Positions 48,082-57,997 of a stretch of DNA of 64,000 nucleotides are shown here, in pieces. The position numbers and the translations under genes are program-made. This DNA is from Loktanella sp. (lineage in GTDB: Bacteria; Pseudomonadota; Alphaproteobacteria; Rhodobacterales; Rhodobacteraceae): assembly GCA_017542965.1 (NCBI GenBank), contig JAFWEI010000008.1:16920-80919 (forward strand), in the 5' to 3' direction. Position 1 is the first letter of the stretch. Every line of letters begins with the position of its first letter. Under the pieces are notes generated by a model, which worked only from the letters and a program-made list of their open reading frames with translations, made no database searches and was not told the origin of the DNA.

Positions 48082-50574
48082 ATGAAAACGCAAGTCAAAG
48101 CATTGGTCGTCGGTGGCGGTGCTGTGGGAACCTCGATCGCCTATCATCTGGCCAAGGCGGGCTGGGATGATGTGATGCTGCTGGAACGCGATGAATTGAC
48201 ATCGGGGTCCACTTGGCATGCGGCGGGCCTGTTGCCCTTGTTCAACATGTCCTTTGCCACGACCCATATCCACAAATATTCGGTCGATTTCTATAAGTCA
48301 TTGGAGGCGGAAACCGGCCTGAACGCGGGTTTCGCCGTGGTCGGCAATTTGCGCATGGCCCAGACGCAGGACCGCATGGATGAATTCATGCTTTATGCCT
48401 CGACCGCCGAAACCTGCGACGTGCCTTATGTCTGGATGACCCCCGACCAGATCAAGGCGAAATGGCCGCTGATCCGCACGGATGATTTGAAAGGCGCGCT
48501 TTATCACCACACCGACGGCTATATTAACCCCGCCGATGTGACGCAGGCGATGGCCAAGGGGGCGCGTCAGCGCGGGGTTGCGATTGAACGCAAATGGCAG
48601 GCTGATGCGTTCCACTGGAACGGCACACATTGGGAAGTCACCTGCACCAAGATGGTGGAAAAGGGCGGTAACCTTGTGCCGTCCGACGAACAGATCGTCG
48701 TGACCGCCGAACATGTCGTCACCGCCAGCGGCAACCACGCCCAGACCACCGCGAAAAAGCTGGGGATCAAGATCCCCGCGATCCCCGTTGAACACCAGTT
48801 CATCGTGATGGACCAAGACCCCGCGCTGGTGCAATTCCGTGCCGAAGGCAATGTCGAACATCCCGTGGTCCGCGACGCCGACGCGCAATCCTATGTGCGC
48901 GAGGAACGCGGTGGCTGGATTTTGGGCGTCTATGAAAAGAACGCGCCTGCCGTGTTCGAATATGGCGTGCCCGACAGTTTCCGCGCCGATCTTTTCCCGC
49001 TCGATCTGGAACGGATCGAAGACCAGTATATGGCGATGATCCACCGCATCCCGTCCTGCGAAAACTCGGGGCTGAAGGACGATTTCAACGGCCCGATCTG
49101 TTACACCCCCGATGGCAATCCGCTGGTCGGCCCCGCACCCGGATTGCGCAACATGTGGCTGGCAGAAGGGTTTTCCTTCGGCATCACCGCTGCCGGTGGC
49201 ACCGGCTATTACCTTGCCCAGATGATGGTGCATGGCGAGGCCGAGATTGACATGGCAAGCCTCGACCCCAAGCGGTACGGCAACTGGATGACCACCGAAT
49301 TTGCCGCGCGCAAGAACGAAGAATGTTACGACCACGTCTATATCCTGCACCATCCGGATGAAGAACGCCCCGCTTGTCGTCCGCTGCGCACATCGCCCGC
49401 CTATGACCGCCAATCCGCGCGCGGTGCGCAATTCGGCTTTGTGAACGGTTGGGAACGGCCCAATTACTATGCCCCTGCCGGTTTCAACGACCATGACGCG
49501 CGGTCCTTCCGGCGCGGCGGCTGGTGGCAATATGCGGTAGAGGAAGCCAAGGCGATCCGCGAAGGTGTCGGCCTGATCGACGCCACCGCCTTTACCAAGC
49601 ACCGGATCACGGGTGCCGGTGCCACGGCGTTTCTGGACTGGTTCACGACAAACAAATTGCCGCGCGTGGGCCGGATCAACCTGACCTATGCGCTGACCGC
49701 GCATGGCACGACGCGCACCGAATATACCATCGTGCGTAACGCCGAGAATGATTATTACCTCGTCTCTGCTGGTGCATGGACGGCCTATGATCAGGATTAC
49801 CTGCTCAAGGCGATTGAAGACAAAGAAGCCGAATTTGGCCGCATCAACGCCCAAGATGTGACCACGCAATGGGGCGTTTTCGCCATTGCTGGCCCGAAAT
49901 CCCGCGATGTGCTGGCCGCCGTGATCAAAGATGCCGACCCTGCGACCGCCTTGTCGAACAAGCGTTTCCCATGGCTGTCCGCGCAAAGGATCGAACTGGG
50001 CATGTGTCCGGTGAACGCCATCCGCGTCGCCTATACCGGCGAGCTTGGCTGGGAATTGCACCACCCGATCGAGATGCAGAATTACCTGTTCGACCTGCTG
50101 GAAAAGGCAGGTGCTGCGCATGGCATGAAACTGGTCGGCGCGCGGGCGCAAAACTGGCTGCGGCAGGAAAAATCATACCGCGCCTTTGGCAATGAGCTGG
50201 GCCGCGACGCCACACCGTTAGAGGCTGATCTGCCGCGTTTCGTGGACCTGACCAAGGATTTCCACGGCAAAGATGCGATGCTGGAAAAGGGGATCCGCAG
50301 CAAATGCGTCACCTTGCTGATCGACGGGCCGGATGATGCCGACCCGTGGGGCCGCGAGGCATTGTATCACGGCGACACCCGCGTCGGGCGTCTGACCTCG
50401 GGCGGCTATTCGGTGGCTTTCGGCAAATCCATCGGCATGGGCTATGTCAAACCCGAAATGGCGGTTGTCGGCACGCAGTTGCAGGTCAAGATGCTGGACC
50501 AGCTCTGGCCCGCCGTGATCGTCGAGGACAGCCCCTATGATCCGCAGAACGCGGCGATCCGTCAGGACGGCTAG
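48082..50574 (+). CDS. GcvT-family FAD-dependent oxidoreductase (dimethylglycine/sarcosine dehydrogenase-like)
   Basis: GGGAVG, GSTWHAAG, NGPICYTPDGNPLVG, GITAAGG, C-terminal aminomethyltransferase domain (TGELGWELH, LRQEKSY); start moved to 48082. Substrate unknown. Confidence 0.88.
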   Translation: MKTQVKALVVGGGAVGTSIAYHLAKAGWDDVMLLERDELTSGSTWHAAGLLPLFNMSFATTHIHKYSVDFYKSLEAETGLNAGFAVVGNLRMAQTQDRMDEFMLYASTAETCDVPYVWMTPDQIKAKWPLIRTDDLKGALYHHTDGYINPADVTQAMAKGARQRGVAIERKWQADAFHWNGTHWEVTCTKMVEKGGNLVPSDEQIVVTAEHVVTASGNHAQTTAKKLGIKIPAIPVEHQFIVMDQDPALVQFRAEGNVEHPVVRDADAQSYVREERGGWILGVYEKNAPAVFEYGVPDSFRADLFPLDLERIEDQYMAMIHRIPSCENSGLKDDFNGPICYTPDGNPLVGPAPGLRNMWLAEGFSFGITAAGGTGYYLAQMMVHGEAEIDMASLDPKRYGNWMTTEFAARKNEECYDHVYILHHPDEERPACRPLRTSPAYDRQSARGAQFGFVNGWERPNYYAPAGFNDHDARSFRRGGWWQYAVEEAKAIREGVGLIDATAFTKHRITGAGATAFLDWFTTNKLPRVGRINLTYALTAHGTTRTEYTIVRNAENDYYLVSAGAWTAYDQDYLLKAIEDKEAEFGRINAQDVTTQWGVFAIAGPKSRDVLAAVIKDADPATALSNKRFPWLSAQRIELGMCPVNAIRVAYTGELGWELHHPIEMQNYLFDLLEKAGAAHGMKLVGARAQNWLRQEKSYRAFGNELGRDATPLEADLPRFVDLTKDFHGKDAMLEKGIRSKCVTLLIDGPDDADPWGREALYHGDTRVGRLTSGGYSVAFGKSIGMGYVKPEMAVVGTQLQVKMLDQLWPAVIVEDSPYDPQNAAIRQDG

Positions 50575-50882
50575 CGCCGGCGTCGCAAGGCAATCCACCG
50601 GCGGCCCCGTATCACCAGACGCGAGACGGGGCCTTGCAGGACTGGCAGGTCGATGGCCAGCAACAGCAGCCCGACAGGGGTCATCCACAGGCCAAAGACC
50701 GGCAGGATCGCCAGAAACCCGCCAAGGATGAAGATGATCGCAAGGGTGATCCGTGCGACCATCCAGCGGGGTTTGCGCAGGCTGGCCATGCCCGGCACCA
50801 ACGGCTGGATCTTGCGATACTGTCGGTCAAATCGGGCACGGATATGGTCGCGTTCGCGTTTCATCGGGTGCAGATATGCCAA
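50571..50882 (-). CDS. Small membrane protein (PGPGW-like helical hairpin)
   Basis: GGFLAILPVFGLWMTPVGLLLLAID hydrophobic hairpin with basic flanks; start could be 50864. Confidence 0.65.
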   Translation of the reverse strand: MAYLHPMKRERDHIRARFDRQYRKIQPLVPGMASLRKPRWMVARITLAIIFILGGFLAILPVFGLWMTPVGLLLLAIDLPVLQGPVSRLVIRGRRWIALRRRR

Positions 50883-50928
50883 TGGCCTGCGGTTTGTAAG
50901 GGTGGCTCTGGCCGCTATGCGCGATTTT

Positions 50929-51999
50929 TCAGCGGAACCTGTCGGGGGTCAGCGCCGCCACCATATCGGCGCTGATAGCAGGCGTTTTTCCGCCGACCAG
51001 ATCGGCCAAAAGCTGGCTTGCCCCGGGTGCGGATTGCATCCCGTACCCGCCTTGCCCCGCGCACCAGATGAAACCGGCATGCGCGGGGTCCGGCCCCAGC
51101 ACAAGGTTGCGATCCGGCGAAAACGTGCGCAGCCCCGCCCATGACGCCAGCAATCGGGTGACGGGCGTGGTGACATTTGCCTCGTACCGCGCCAGCCCCT
51201 CGGCCAGCACCATATCATCGGCATAGGCGTCATGGGGGGCTGCTGGGTCTTCTTCGGCGGGGGAGACGATCAGCGCGCCGGCATCGGGTTTGGCATACCA
51301 GCCTTCGCCCGCGCCAAAGACCATCGGCCAAGCGCGGACATCATGCCCGTCAGGCGCGGGGATCCGCGCCATCGACCGGCGCAGGGGCTGGAACCCCAAA
51401 GGGGCCACCCCCGCCATTTGCGCGATCACATCGACCCATGCGCCAGCGGCATTGACCAGCTGGCGCGCCGCGTAGTCGCCAGCCTTGGTGCTGACAGCCC
51501 AGCCTGTCGCGGTGCGGCTGATCGCCGTCACCTCGGCCTTGGTGACGATCTGCGCGCCATTGCCGCGCGCGGTTTTCGCAAAGGTCTGGATCAGCCTGTC
51601 GGTGTCGATATCCCATGCCCCCGGATCATAGGCGGCACGGTCCACTTGGGCGGGGTTCAGCACGGGAATCAGGGCCAAGGCCGCGTCCATCGTGATCTCG
51701 TCCATCTGCATCGCCTGCACATCGGCGGCGAACAGATCGGCCTCGCCCTTGCTGCCGACCAGCATCAACCCGCGCGGCGACAGCACATCGGCGCTGCGAT
51801 GAAAATCAAGGCTGGCGCGGTTCAGCGCGACGGTCGATGGCTTGCCGTAATGTTGCTCGAACAAGGCGGCAGACCGGCCAGAGGCGTGATAGGCCAGCGC
51901 GTCTTCGCGTTCCAGTACGGTGACGCTGCCCAGCGCCGACAGGCGGGCTGCGGCGGAAATGCCCGCGATCCCGCCGCCGATGATCAGGAAATCATTCAT
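50929..51999 (-). CDS. FAD-dependent oxidoreductase (DAO family, D-amino-acid dehydrogenase-like)
   Basis: IIGGGIAG, HASGRSAA, VNAAGAWVD, WAGLRTFSPD, GQGGYG. Confidence 0.88.
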   Translation of the reverse strand: MNDFLIIGGGIAGISAAARLSALGSVTVLEREDALAYHASGRSAALFEQHYGKPSTVALNRASLDFHRSADVLSPRGLMLVGSKGEADLFAADVQAMQMDEITMDAALALIPVLNPAQVDRAAYDPGAWDIDTDRLIQTFAKTARGNGAQIVTKAEVTAISRTATGWAVSTKAGDYAARQLVNAAGAWVDVIAQMAGVAPLGFQPLRRSMARIPAPDGHDVRAWPMVFGAGEGWYAKPDAGALIVSPAEEDPAAPHDAYADDMVLAEGLARYEANVTTPVTRLLASWAGLRTFSPDRNLVLGPDPAHAGFIWCAGQGGYGMQSAPGASQLLADLVGGKTPAISADMVAALTPDRFR

Positions 52000-52928
52000 G
52001 CCTCTTCCAGCCGGTCGGTGGCCGGTGGCGGCGCAGGGCTAAGCGCTGTGATCCGTGCATAGAGGTCCGCCGACATTGCAAACTCCGCCGCCGCCAGCGA
52101 CGGGCGCAATTGCGCCAATGACCGGGCCGAGATGATGGGCGATGGCCGCGCCCCATGCGTCATGACCCATGCCACGGCCAGCGTGGCGGGGTCGGTGCTT
52201 GCATCGCGGGCCAAGGCGGTAAGGCGGGCGGCCACATCATGCATCCAGCCTTGCCCATAGCGCAAAGCATAGCGCGGATCATCGGTCAGCCGCCCTGTCC
52301 CGCCGTTGGCATATTTGCCGGTCAGCAACCCGCCACCCAAGGGCGAATAGGGCACCAAGGCGATGCCCTGATCCTGCGCCATCGGGAAAATCTCGACCTC
52401 GGCCTGCCGTTTGACCAAGGAATACATCGGCTGCATCACATCTATCCGGGTGCCAAGGTCGTGCGCCACGGTCTGCGCCTTCATCACCTGCCACGCCGCG
52501 TAATTGGACACGCCGATCTGCCGGATCGCCCCGCGCGCCTGCAGCTCTGCCATGGTGGCAAAGGTTTCGTGCAGCGGCGTGTCATCGTCAAACCGGTGCA
52601 GATAGAGCAGATCGACCTGATCCAGCTGCAACTGGCTGCGGCAGATGTCGAATTGCGCCAGAATATTGGCCCGCCCCGCCCCGCCGGTATAGCCGACCTT
52701 GGTCGCCAGATAGATATTGTCGCGCTCATGCTTGATCAGCTGGCCAAGGATCTTTTCGGCCGCCCCGTCGGTATAGCGTACGGCGGTGTCGAAATGGGTG
52801 ATACCGGCGGCACGCGCGGCATCATACATGGCGGCACTTTCGGCCGCATCGGCCTTGCCGCCGAATTGCATCGTGCCAAAGGTCAGGCGGGAAACGGGCG
52901 TGCCGTCTTGTGTGGTCAGCTGTGTCAT
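51996..52928 (-). CDS. Aldo/keto reductase
   Basis: LTFGTMQFG, FDTAVRY, LATKVG, DLLYLHRFD, IGVSNY, YSPLGGGLLTGKY; start moved to 52928. Confidence 0.92.
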   Translation of the reverse strand: MTQLTTQDGTPVSRLTFGTMQFGGKADAAESAAMYDAARAAGITHFDTAVRYTDGAAEKILGQLIKHERDNIYLATKVGYTGGAGRANILAQFDICRSQLQLDQVDLLYLHRFDDDTPLHETFATMAELQARGAIRQIGVSNYAAWQVMKAQTVAHDLGTRIDVMQPMYSLVKRQAEVEIFPMAQDQGIALVPYSPLGGGLLTGKYANGGTGRLTDDPRYALRYGQGWMHDVAARLTALARDASTDPATLAVAWVMTHGARPSPIISARSLAQLRPSLAAAEFAMSADLYARITALSPAPPPATDRLEEA

Positions 52929-53108
52929 GCGGGCAATCTGGCACGGCGTCGGGCCGATGAAAAGCGGCGGCGCAGGGAATTTTAGACCCCGGCACCGGCT
53001 GCACAGCCGCTTTGCCAGCATGGCTATGGGCCTGACGGGGTTTCCATGACGGGGTTTGCCTCGGGGGGTTTACATTTTGCCGTCCAGCCTGCTTGTTGCG
53101 GCAAGGTA

Positions 53109-53726
53109 ATGGGGCCGATAAGGGGCGCAAACTTGCACGGCTTTCCGGTGGCAAAGGCAGGACAGGTGATCGGGCTTCTCGGCGGGTCGTTTGATCCGGC
53201 GCATCACGGGCATGTGCATATCACCAAGGCGGCGCTGACGCGGTTCGGGCTGGACAAGCTCTGGTGGCTGGTCAGCCCCGGCAATCCGCTGAAACGCAAC
53301 GGGCCTGCGCCACTGTCCCAGCGGATGCAGGCGGCGCAAGCCCTGATGCGCCACCCCCGCGTGACGGTCACCGATATAGAGGCCCGGCTTGGCACCCGCC
53401 ATACCGCGCAAACGCTGGTGGCCTTGCACAGGCGTTATCCGGGCGTGCGGTTCGTCTGGCTGATGGGGGCCGACAATCTGGCGCAATTGCACCGCTGGCA
53501 GGATTGGCGCTGGATCATGGACAGCGTGCCGGTCGGCGTGATCGCGCGGCCCGATGACCGGATATCGGCGCGCCTGTCAAAAGCCGCGCGGATCTATGCG
53601 GCAGCCCAATTGCCCGACAGGGCCAGCCATATTCTGGGGCGGGCGCAGGCCCCGGCCTGGTCCTTCATCAACCTGCCGATGTCGCATCATTCCTCGTCAG
53701 CGATCCGCGCGCGGGGCGAATGGTGA
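53109..53726 (+). CDS. nadD: Nicotinate-nucleotide adenylyltransferase
   Basis: [38 protein letters not shown]; start uncertain (53109 or slightly later). Confidence 0.93.
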   Translation: MGPIRGANLHGFPVAKAGQVIGLLGGSFDPAHHGHVHITKAALTRFGLDKLWWLVSPGNPLKRNGPAPLSQRMQAAQALMRHPRVTVTDIEARLGTRHTAQTLVALHRRYPGVRFVWLMGADNLAQLHRWQDWRWIMDSVPVGVIARPDDRISARLSKAARIYAAAQLPDRASHILGRAQAPAWSFINLPMSHHSSSAIRARGEW

Positions 53727-55192
53727 TGCGGCTGACACGGCGGCAGATGCTGACAGGGCTTGGCGCGACCCTTGGAACCGCCGCCCATGCCGAAGCGCCG
53801 CTGCGGTCCTACAGGCCGGTCGCGCGGGTATCGCCGCGCGCGGCGCTGGACGGCCTTGTCGCCCGCGCGGGGATCAGCGGGCAGGTCGGCGTGGCGCTGG
53901 GTGATCCGGCCACGGGGGCGGTGCTGGAAACCTATAACGCCGCTGCGCTGCTGCCACCGGCCAGCGTGACCAAGGCGGTCACAGCGCTTTACGCGCTGGA
54001 AACGCTGGGGGCGGACCACCGGTTCACGACACGGGTTCTTGCGCAGGGTACGCTCAGGGATGGTATTCTAGATGGTCATTTGATCATCGCGGGTGGCGGC
54101 GATCCCGATCTGGGCACGGACGAGATGGCCCGACTGGTCGATGCCACCCATGCGGCTGGCCTGCGCGAGGTCAGGGGCGATTTTCTGGTCTGGGACGGTG
54201 CGTTGCCCACTCTTGACCAGATCGACCCCGCGCAACTGCCGCATGTCGGGTATAATCCCGCACTTGGCGGGCTGAACCTGAATTATAACCGCGTGCATTT
54301 CGAATGGCGGCGGCAAGGGCAAAACTTTGTCACGACGATGGACGCGCGCAGCGAAACCCACCGCCCGCCTGTGACCATTGCGCGGATGCGGGTCGTGGAC
54401 CGCGATCAGCCGGTATTCACCCATGCGCGTGACGGCGATGTCGATGACTGGACCGTGGCACGCTCTGCGCTGAACGCCGAAGGATCGCGCTGGTTGCCGG
54501 TGCGCGCGCCCGCGCTTTACGCAGCCGGGGTCTTTGCGGTTTTCGCGCGCAGCAAGGGGATCGTGCTGGGCAACCCCCGCGTCATCCCCGCCCTGCCGCA
54601 GGCGGTGGAACTGGCGCGCCACGACGGCCAGCCGCTGGCGGGCGTTCTGGCGCAGATGATGCGCTATTCGACCAATATCACCGCCGAGGCGCTGGGGCTG
54701 ACCGCCACCGCGCGGATCGCGGGGCAGCTGCGCGGTCTGCGCGCATCGGCGCAGGATATGGCGCGCTGGGCGGGCATGCGCGCGCCGCGTATTGCGGCAC
54801 AATTCGCGGATCATTCCGGCCTTGGCGATGCGTCACAGATCAGCGCGGCCGATATGGTCGCTTTCCTGCAAGCCCGCGATGTGCAGCCACGCCTGCGCCC
54901 GCTGATGCGCGACATCAGGCTGGTGGACCAGCACCAGACGGCGATCAGCGCGGGGCAGGCGGGGGTGCAGGCCAAAACCGGCACGCTGAATTTTGTCAGC
55001 GCCTTGGCGGGATATCTGCGCACGGCAGGGGGCCGGGACCTCAGCTTTGCGATCTTCGCCGCCGATCTGGAGGCGCGCGACCGCGGCAAGGCGCTGGGCG
55101 AGGAAATACCGCCCGGTGCGCGCAGCTGGAACGCGCAGGCGCGCCGCCTGCAACAGGATATCCTGCAGCAATGGGCATTGCGGGCCTATTAG
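53726..55192 (+). CDS. dacB: D-alanyl-D-alanine carboxypeptidase/endopeptidase (PBP4)
   Basis: Tat-like signal RRQML, SxxK (PASVTK), SxN (YSTN), KTGT; TGATG coupling with nadD. Confidence 0.9.
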   Translation: MRLTRRQMLTGLGATLGTAAHAEAPLRSYRPVARVSPRAALDGLVARAGISGQVGVALGDPATGAVLETYNAAALLPPASVTKAVTALYALETLGADHRFTTRVLAQGTLRDGILDGHLIIAGGGDPDLGTDEMARLVDATHAAGLREVRGDFLVWDGALPTLDQIDPAQLPHVGYNPALGGLNLNYNRVHFEWRRQGQNFVTTMDARSETHRPPVTIARMRVVDRDQPVFTHARDGDVDDWTVARSALNAEGSRWLPVRAPALYAAGVFAVFARSKGIVLGNPRVIPALPQAVELARHDGQPLAGVLAQMMRYSTNITAEALGLTATARIAGQLRGLRASAQDMARWAGMRAPRIAAQFADHSGLGDASQISAADMVAFLQARDVQPRLRPLMRDIRLVDQHQTAISAGQAGVQAKTGTLNFVSALAGYLRTAGGRDLSFAIFAADLEARDRGKALGEEIPPGARSWNAQARRLQQDILQQWALRAY

Positions 55193-55200
55193 GTCTTTGG

Positions 55201-55233
55201 CATCTTCCGAGCCCAAATATCCCCGCCGGAGGC
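55201..55233 (-). repeat. Dispersed 33-bp repeat, copy 5
   Basis: Exact reverse complement of the consensus, between convergent dacB and terB; flanked by palindrome TTCTTTTAAAAGAA (55243-55256) and direct repeat AGAATCTTTTCT (55235-55246, 55253-55264). Confidence 0.92.
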
Positions 55234-55264
55234 CAGAATCTTTTCTTTTAAAAGAATCTTTTCT

Positions 55265-55684
55265 CTACACGGTCATATGCCGCGCGCGCGCGCCGCGTTC
55301 GATGGCGGCCGCATACAGCCGGTCAAGATCCAGCTCCTCGCGGATTTCTTCGAGCATCCGCGCCTCTTGCCCCGCGATCCGGCCATCGGCGGCGGCCACA
55401 TCGCAGGACAAGGCATAGGCGGTTTCGAACAGGCGGGTGGGCAGGGCATCGCGGATCAGGCCGAACAGGGCTTCCAGCCCGTCTTCGGGTTCCAGCAGAT
55501 CGAACACCAGCTGCGACATCTGCGGCACGCGTTCCACGTCATAGCCCGCGAAGACCGGCAGGTTGTTGATCGCATTGCTGATCTTGACCAGCTCGGATGT
55601 GCGGATATTGCCATCCGCGGCGGAAACGCTGATCATCAGAACGACCAGCGCGTCCTGGGCAGTCAATGGGCCGGCGTCTGACAT
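55265..55684 (-). CDS. TerB-family protein
   Basis: SAADG.IRTSEL, TAYALSCDVAAADG, AAAIERGARAR pattern. Confidence 0.78.
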   Translation of the reverse strand: MSDAGPLTAQDALVVLMISVSAADGNIRTSELVKISNAINNLPVFAGYDVERVPQMSQLVFDLLEPEDGLEALFGLIRDALPTRLFETAYALSCDVAAADGRIAGQEARMLEEIREELDLDRLYAAAIERGARARHMTV

Positions 55685-55795
55685 TGTCTATCCTTTGTGA
55701 TGCCTGTCCCGTTTATTGACGCCCTGTGCGTCTCGCAATAGGGAGTATGCGTGCAGGCGCCATTTGGGGCGCCGCTTTTGACTGCGAGCAAGATT

Positions 55796-57370
55796 ATGAC
55801 CAACCTGCGTGACGCTGCGATGACCTCCAAGGCCTGGCCCTTTGAAGAAGCGCGCGCCTTGCTCAAACGCTACGAAGATGCGCCGCCCGAAAAGGGCTAT
55901 GTCCTGTTCGAGACCGGCTATGGCCCGTCCGGCCTGCCGCATATCGGCACCTTTGGCGAAGTGTTGCGCACCACGATGATCCGCCGCGCCTTTGCGGTGA
56001 TTTCCGACATTCCCACCCGCCTGATCTGTTTTTCCGACGATCTGGACGGGATGCGCAAAGTGCCGGGCAACGTGCCGCAGCAGGACATGCTGAAGGAACA
56101 TATGCACAAGCCGCTGACATCGGTGCCGGACCCGTTTGGCGCCTATGAAAGTTTCGGTCATTACAACAATGCGATGCTGCGCCGATTCCTTGATACCTTC
56201 GGGTTCGAGTATGAATTCTATTCGGCGCGTGAATTCTATCGCACCGGTCAGTTCGATGACATCCTTTTGCGGGCCGCCGAACGCTATGACGCGCTGATGG
56301 AGGTCATGCTGAAATCCCTGCGCGAGGAACGGCAGGAAACCTATTCGATCTTTCTGCCGATCCACCCCGAAACCGGTCGCGTGCTTTATGTGCCGATGAA
56401 GAATGTCGATGCCCTGCGCGGCGAGGTGACATTTGATGACGAGGATGGCCGCGAATGGACCCTGCCGGTCACGGGCGGCAATGTGAAACTGCAATGGAAG
56501 CCCGATTTCGGCGCGCGCTGGGCGGCACTCGACGTTGATTTCGAGATGTATGGCAAGGAACATGCCACCAATACCGCGATCTATGACCGGATTTGCGAGA
56601 TATTGGGCGGGCGCAAGCCGAACCATTTTTCCTATGAATTGTTTCTGGACGAAAACGGCCAGAAGATTTCCAAATCCTCGGGCAACGGCATTTCGATCGA
56701 TGAATGGCTGACCTATGCGGCGACGGAATCGCTCAGCTATTTCATGTATCAAAAGCCCAAAACCGCCAAACGGATGCATTTCGACGTGATCCCCAAGGCG
56801 GTGGACGAATACCACCAGCAATTGCGCGCCTATGCCGATCAGGATGATGCGGGCCGCGTGAACAATCCGGTGTTCCATATCCACGGCGGCGACGTGCCGG
56901 TGTCAGACATGGTGGTGCCGTTTGCGATGCTGCTGAACCTTGCATCCGTATCAGGGGCCGAGGACAAGAATACGCTCTGGGGCTTTATCCGCCGTTATGC
57001 CCCCGACGCGTCTGCGGAAAAGAACCCCCAGATGGATCAGGCGGCGGGGTTTGCCGTGCGCTATTACAATGATTTTGTGAAGCCCGCCAAAACCTATCGC
57101 GCGCCCACAGATCAGGAACGCGCCGCGTTGCAGGATCTGGCGGCGCGGCTGCGCGTCTGGGATGGTGGCCTTGATGCCGAAGCGCTGCAGACCATGGTGT
57201 TCGCTGTCGGCAACGACCACGGGTTCGATCCGTTGCGCAACTGGTTCACCGCCCTTTACGAGGTGCTGCTGGGCGCATCCCAAGGCCCGCGGTTTGGCGG
57301 GTTCATCGCGCTTTACGGTGTCGCCGAGACCATCGCCCTGATCGAGGCCCAGCTATCCGCCGAGGTCTGA
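55796..57370 (+). CDS. lysS: Lysine--tRNA ligase, class I
   Basis: [49 protein letters not shown]; start moved to 55796. Confidence 0.95.
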   Translation: MTNLRDAAMTSKAWPFEEARALLKRYEDAPPEKGYVLFETGYGPSGLPHIGTFGEVLRTTMIRRAFAVISDIPTRLICFSDDLDGMRKVPGNVPQQDMLKEHMHKPLTSVPDPFGAYESFGHYNNAMLRRFLDTFGFEYEFYSAREFYRTGQFDDILLRAAERYDALMEVMLKSLREERQETYSIFLPIHPETGRVLYVPMKNVDALRGEVTFDDEDGREWTLPVTGGNVKLQWKPDFGARWAALDVDFEMYGKEHATNTAIYDRICEILGGRKPNHFSYELFLDENGQKISKSSGNGISIDEWLTYAATESLSYFMYQKPKTAKRMHFDVIPKAVDEYHQQLRAYADQDDAGRVNNPVFHIHGGDVPVSDMVVPFAMLLNLASVSGAEDKNTLWGFIRRYAPDASAEKNPQMDQAAGFAVRYYNDFVKPAKTYRAPTDQERAALQDLAARLRVWDGGLDAEALQTMVFAVGNDHGFDPLRNWFTALYEVLLGASQGPRFGGFIALYGVAETIALIEAQLSAEV

Positions 57371-57387
57371 GGGTCCGCTGGCGCGGA

Positions 57388-57420
57388 GCCTCCGGCGGGG
57401 ATATTTGGGCTCGGAAGATG
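57388..57420 (+). repeat. Dispersed 33-bp repeat, copy 6
   Basis: Exact consensus, starting 18 nt after the lysS stop. Confidence 0.92.
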
Positions 57421-57490
57421 GGGGGCGCGAAAATGAACTGATTGGCCTTTGGCTGCGTATCAAAGACGAAGATTGCGCGCGGAGAGGCTG

Positions 57491-57895
57491 ATGAAGGGCA
57501 TTTTTGTATTCATTCTGGGTTTTTGGCTGTCGGCCACGGCCCTTGCAGCACAGGACAATGCGGCCATCACCGGCGTGATCAATGGTCAGTTGCAGGCCTT
57601 CAACGACCGCGACGTCTCGGCGGCATGGTCCTATGCCAGCCCCAATATCAAGCGCCTGTTCGGCAATGAGGGCAATTTCGCGGCGATGGTCCAGCAAGGC
57701 TATCCGATGGTCTGGGACAATGCCGATGTGCGGTTTCTGGACCTGCGTGATGTGGCGGGGTTTGTCTGGCAAAAGGTCATGATCCGCGATGCCCAGGGCG
57801 CGCTGCATCTGCTGGATTACCAGATGATTGAAACGGCTGATGGCTGGCAGATCAATGGTGTGACGCTGTTGCCCGCACCCGATGTCGGGGCCTGA
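57491..57895 (+). CDS. DUF4864-like periplasmic protein (NTF2-like)
   Basis: Signal peptide; QLQAF, AWSYASPNIKRLFG..NF..MVQQGYPMVW, GWQINGV; start moved to 57491. Confidence 0.75.
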   Translation: MKGIFVFILGFWLSATALAAQDNAAITGVINGQLQAFNDRDVSAAWSYASPNIKRLFGNEGNFAAMVQQGYPMVWDNADVRFLDLRDVAGFVWQKVMIRDAQGALHLLDYQMIETADGWQINGVTLLPAPDVGA

Positions 57896-57997
57896 GGCGC
57901 CCGTTGCGCGGCTGACCGTCACGGTGGTGTCAGCCGGTCTTTAGCTCTTTGATCTATCCTTTTGGCAGTTGCGCAGCACAGCCTTTGGGGATCATCC

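Noticed and set aside
55796-57370. Class I LysRS as an unusual or horizontally acquired gene
   Set aside because: Class I LysRS is the normal form in many alphaproteobacteria.
971-57420. 33-bp repeat as a CRISPR repeat or IS terminal inverted repeat
   Set aside because: Copies are kilobases apart with no spacer array or cas genes, and no transposase lies between oppositely oriented copies.
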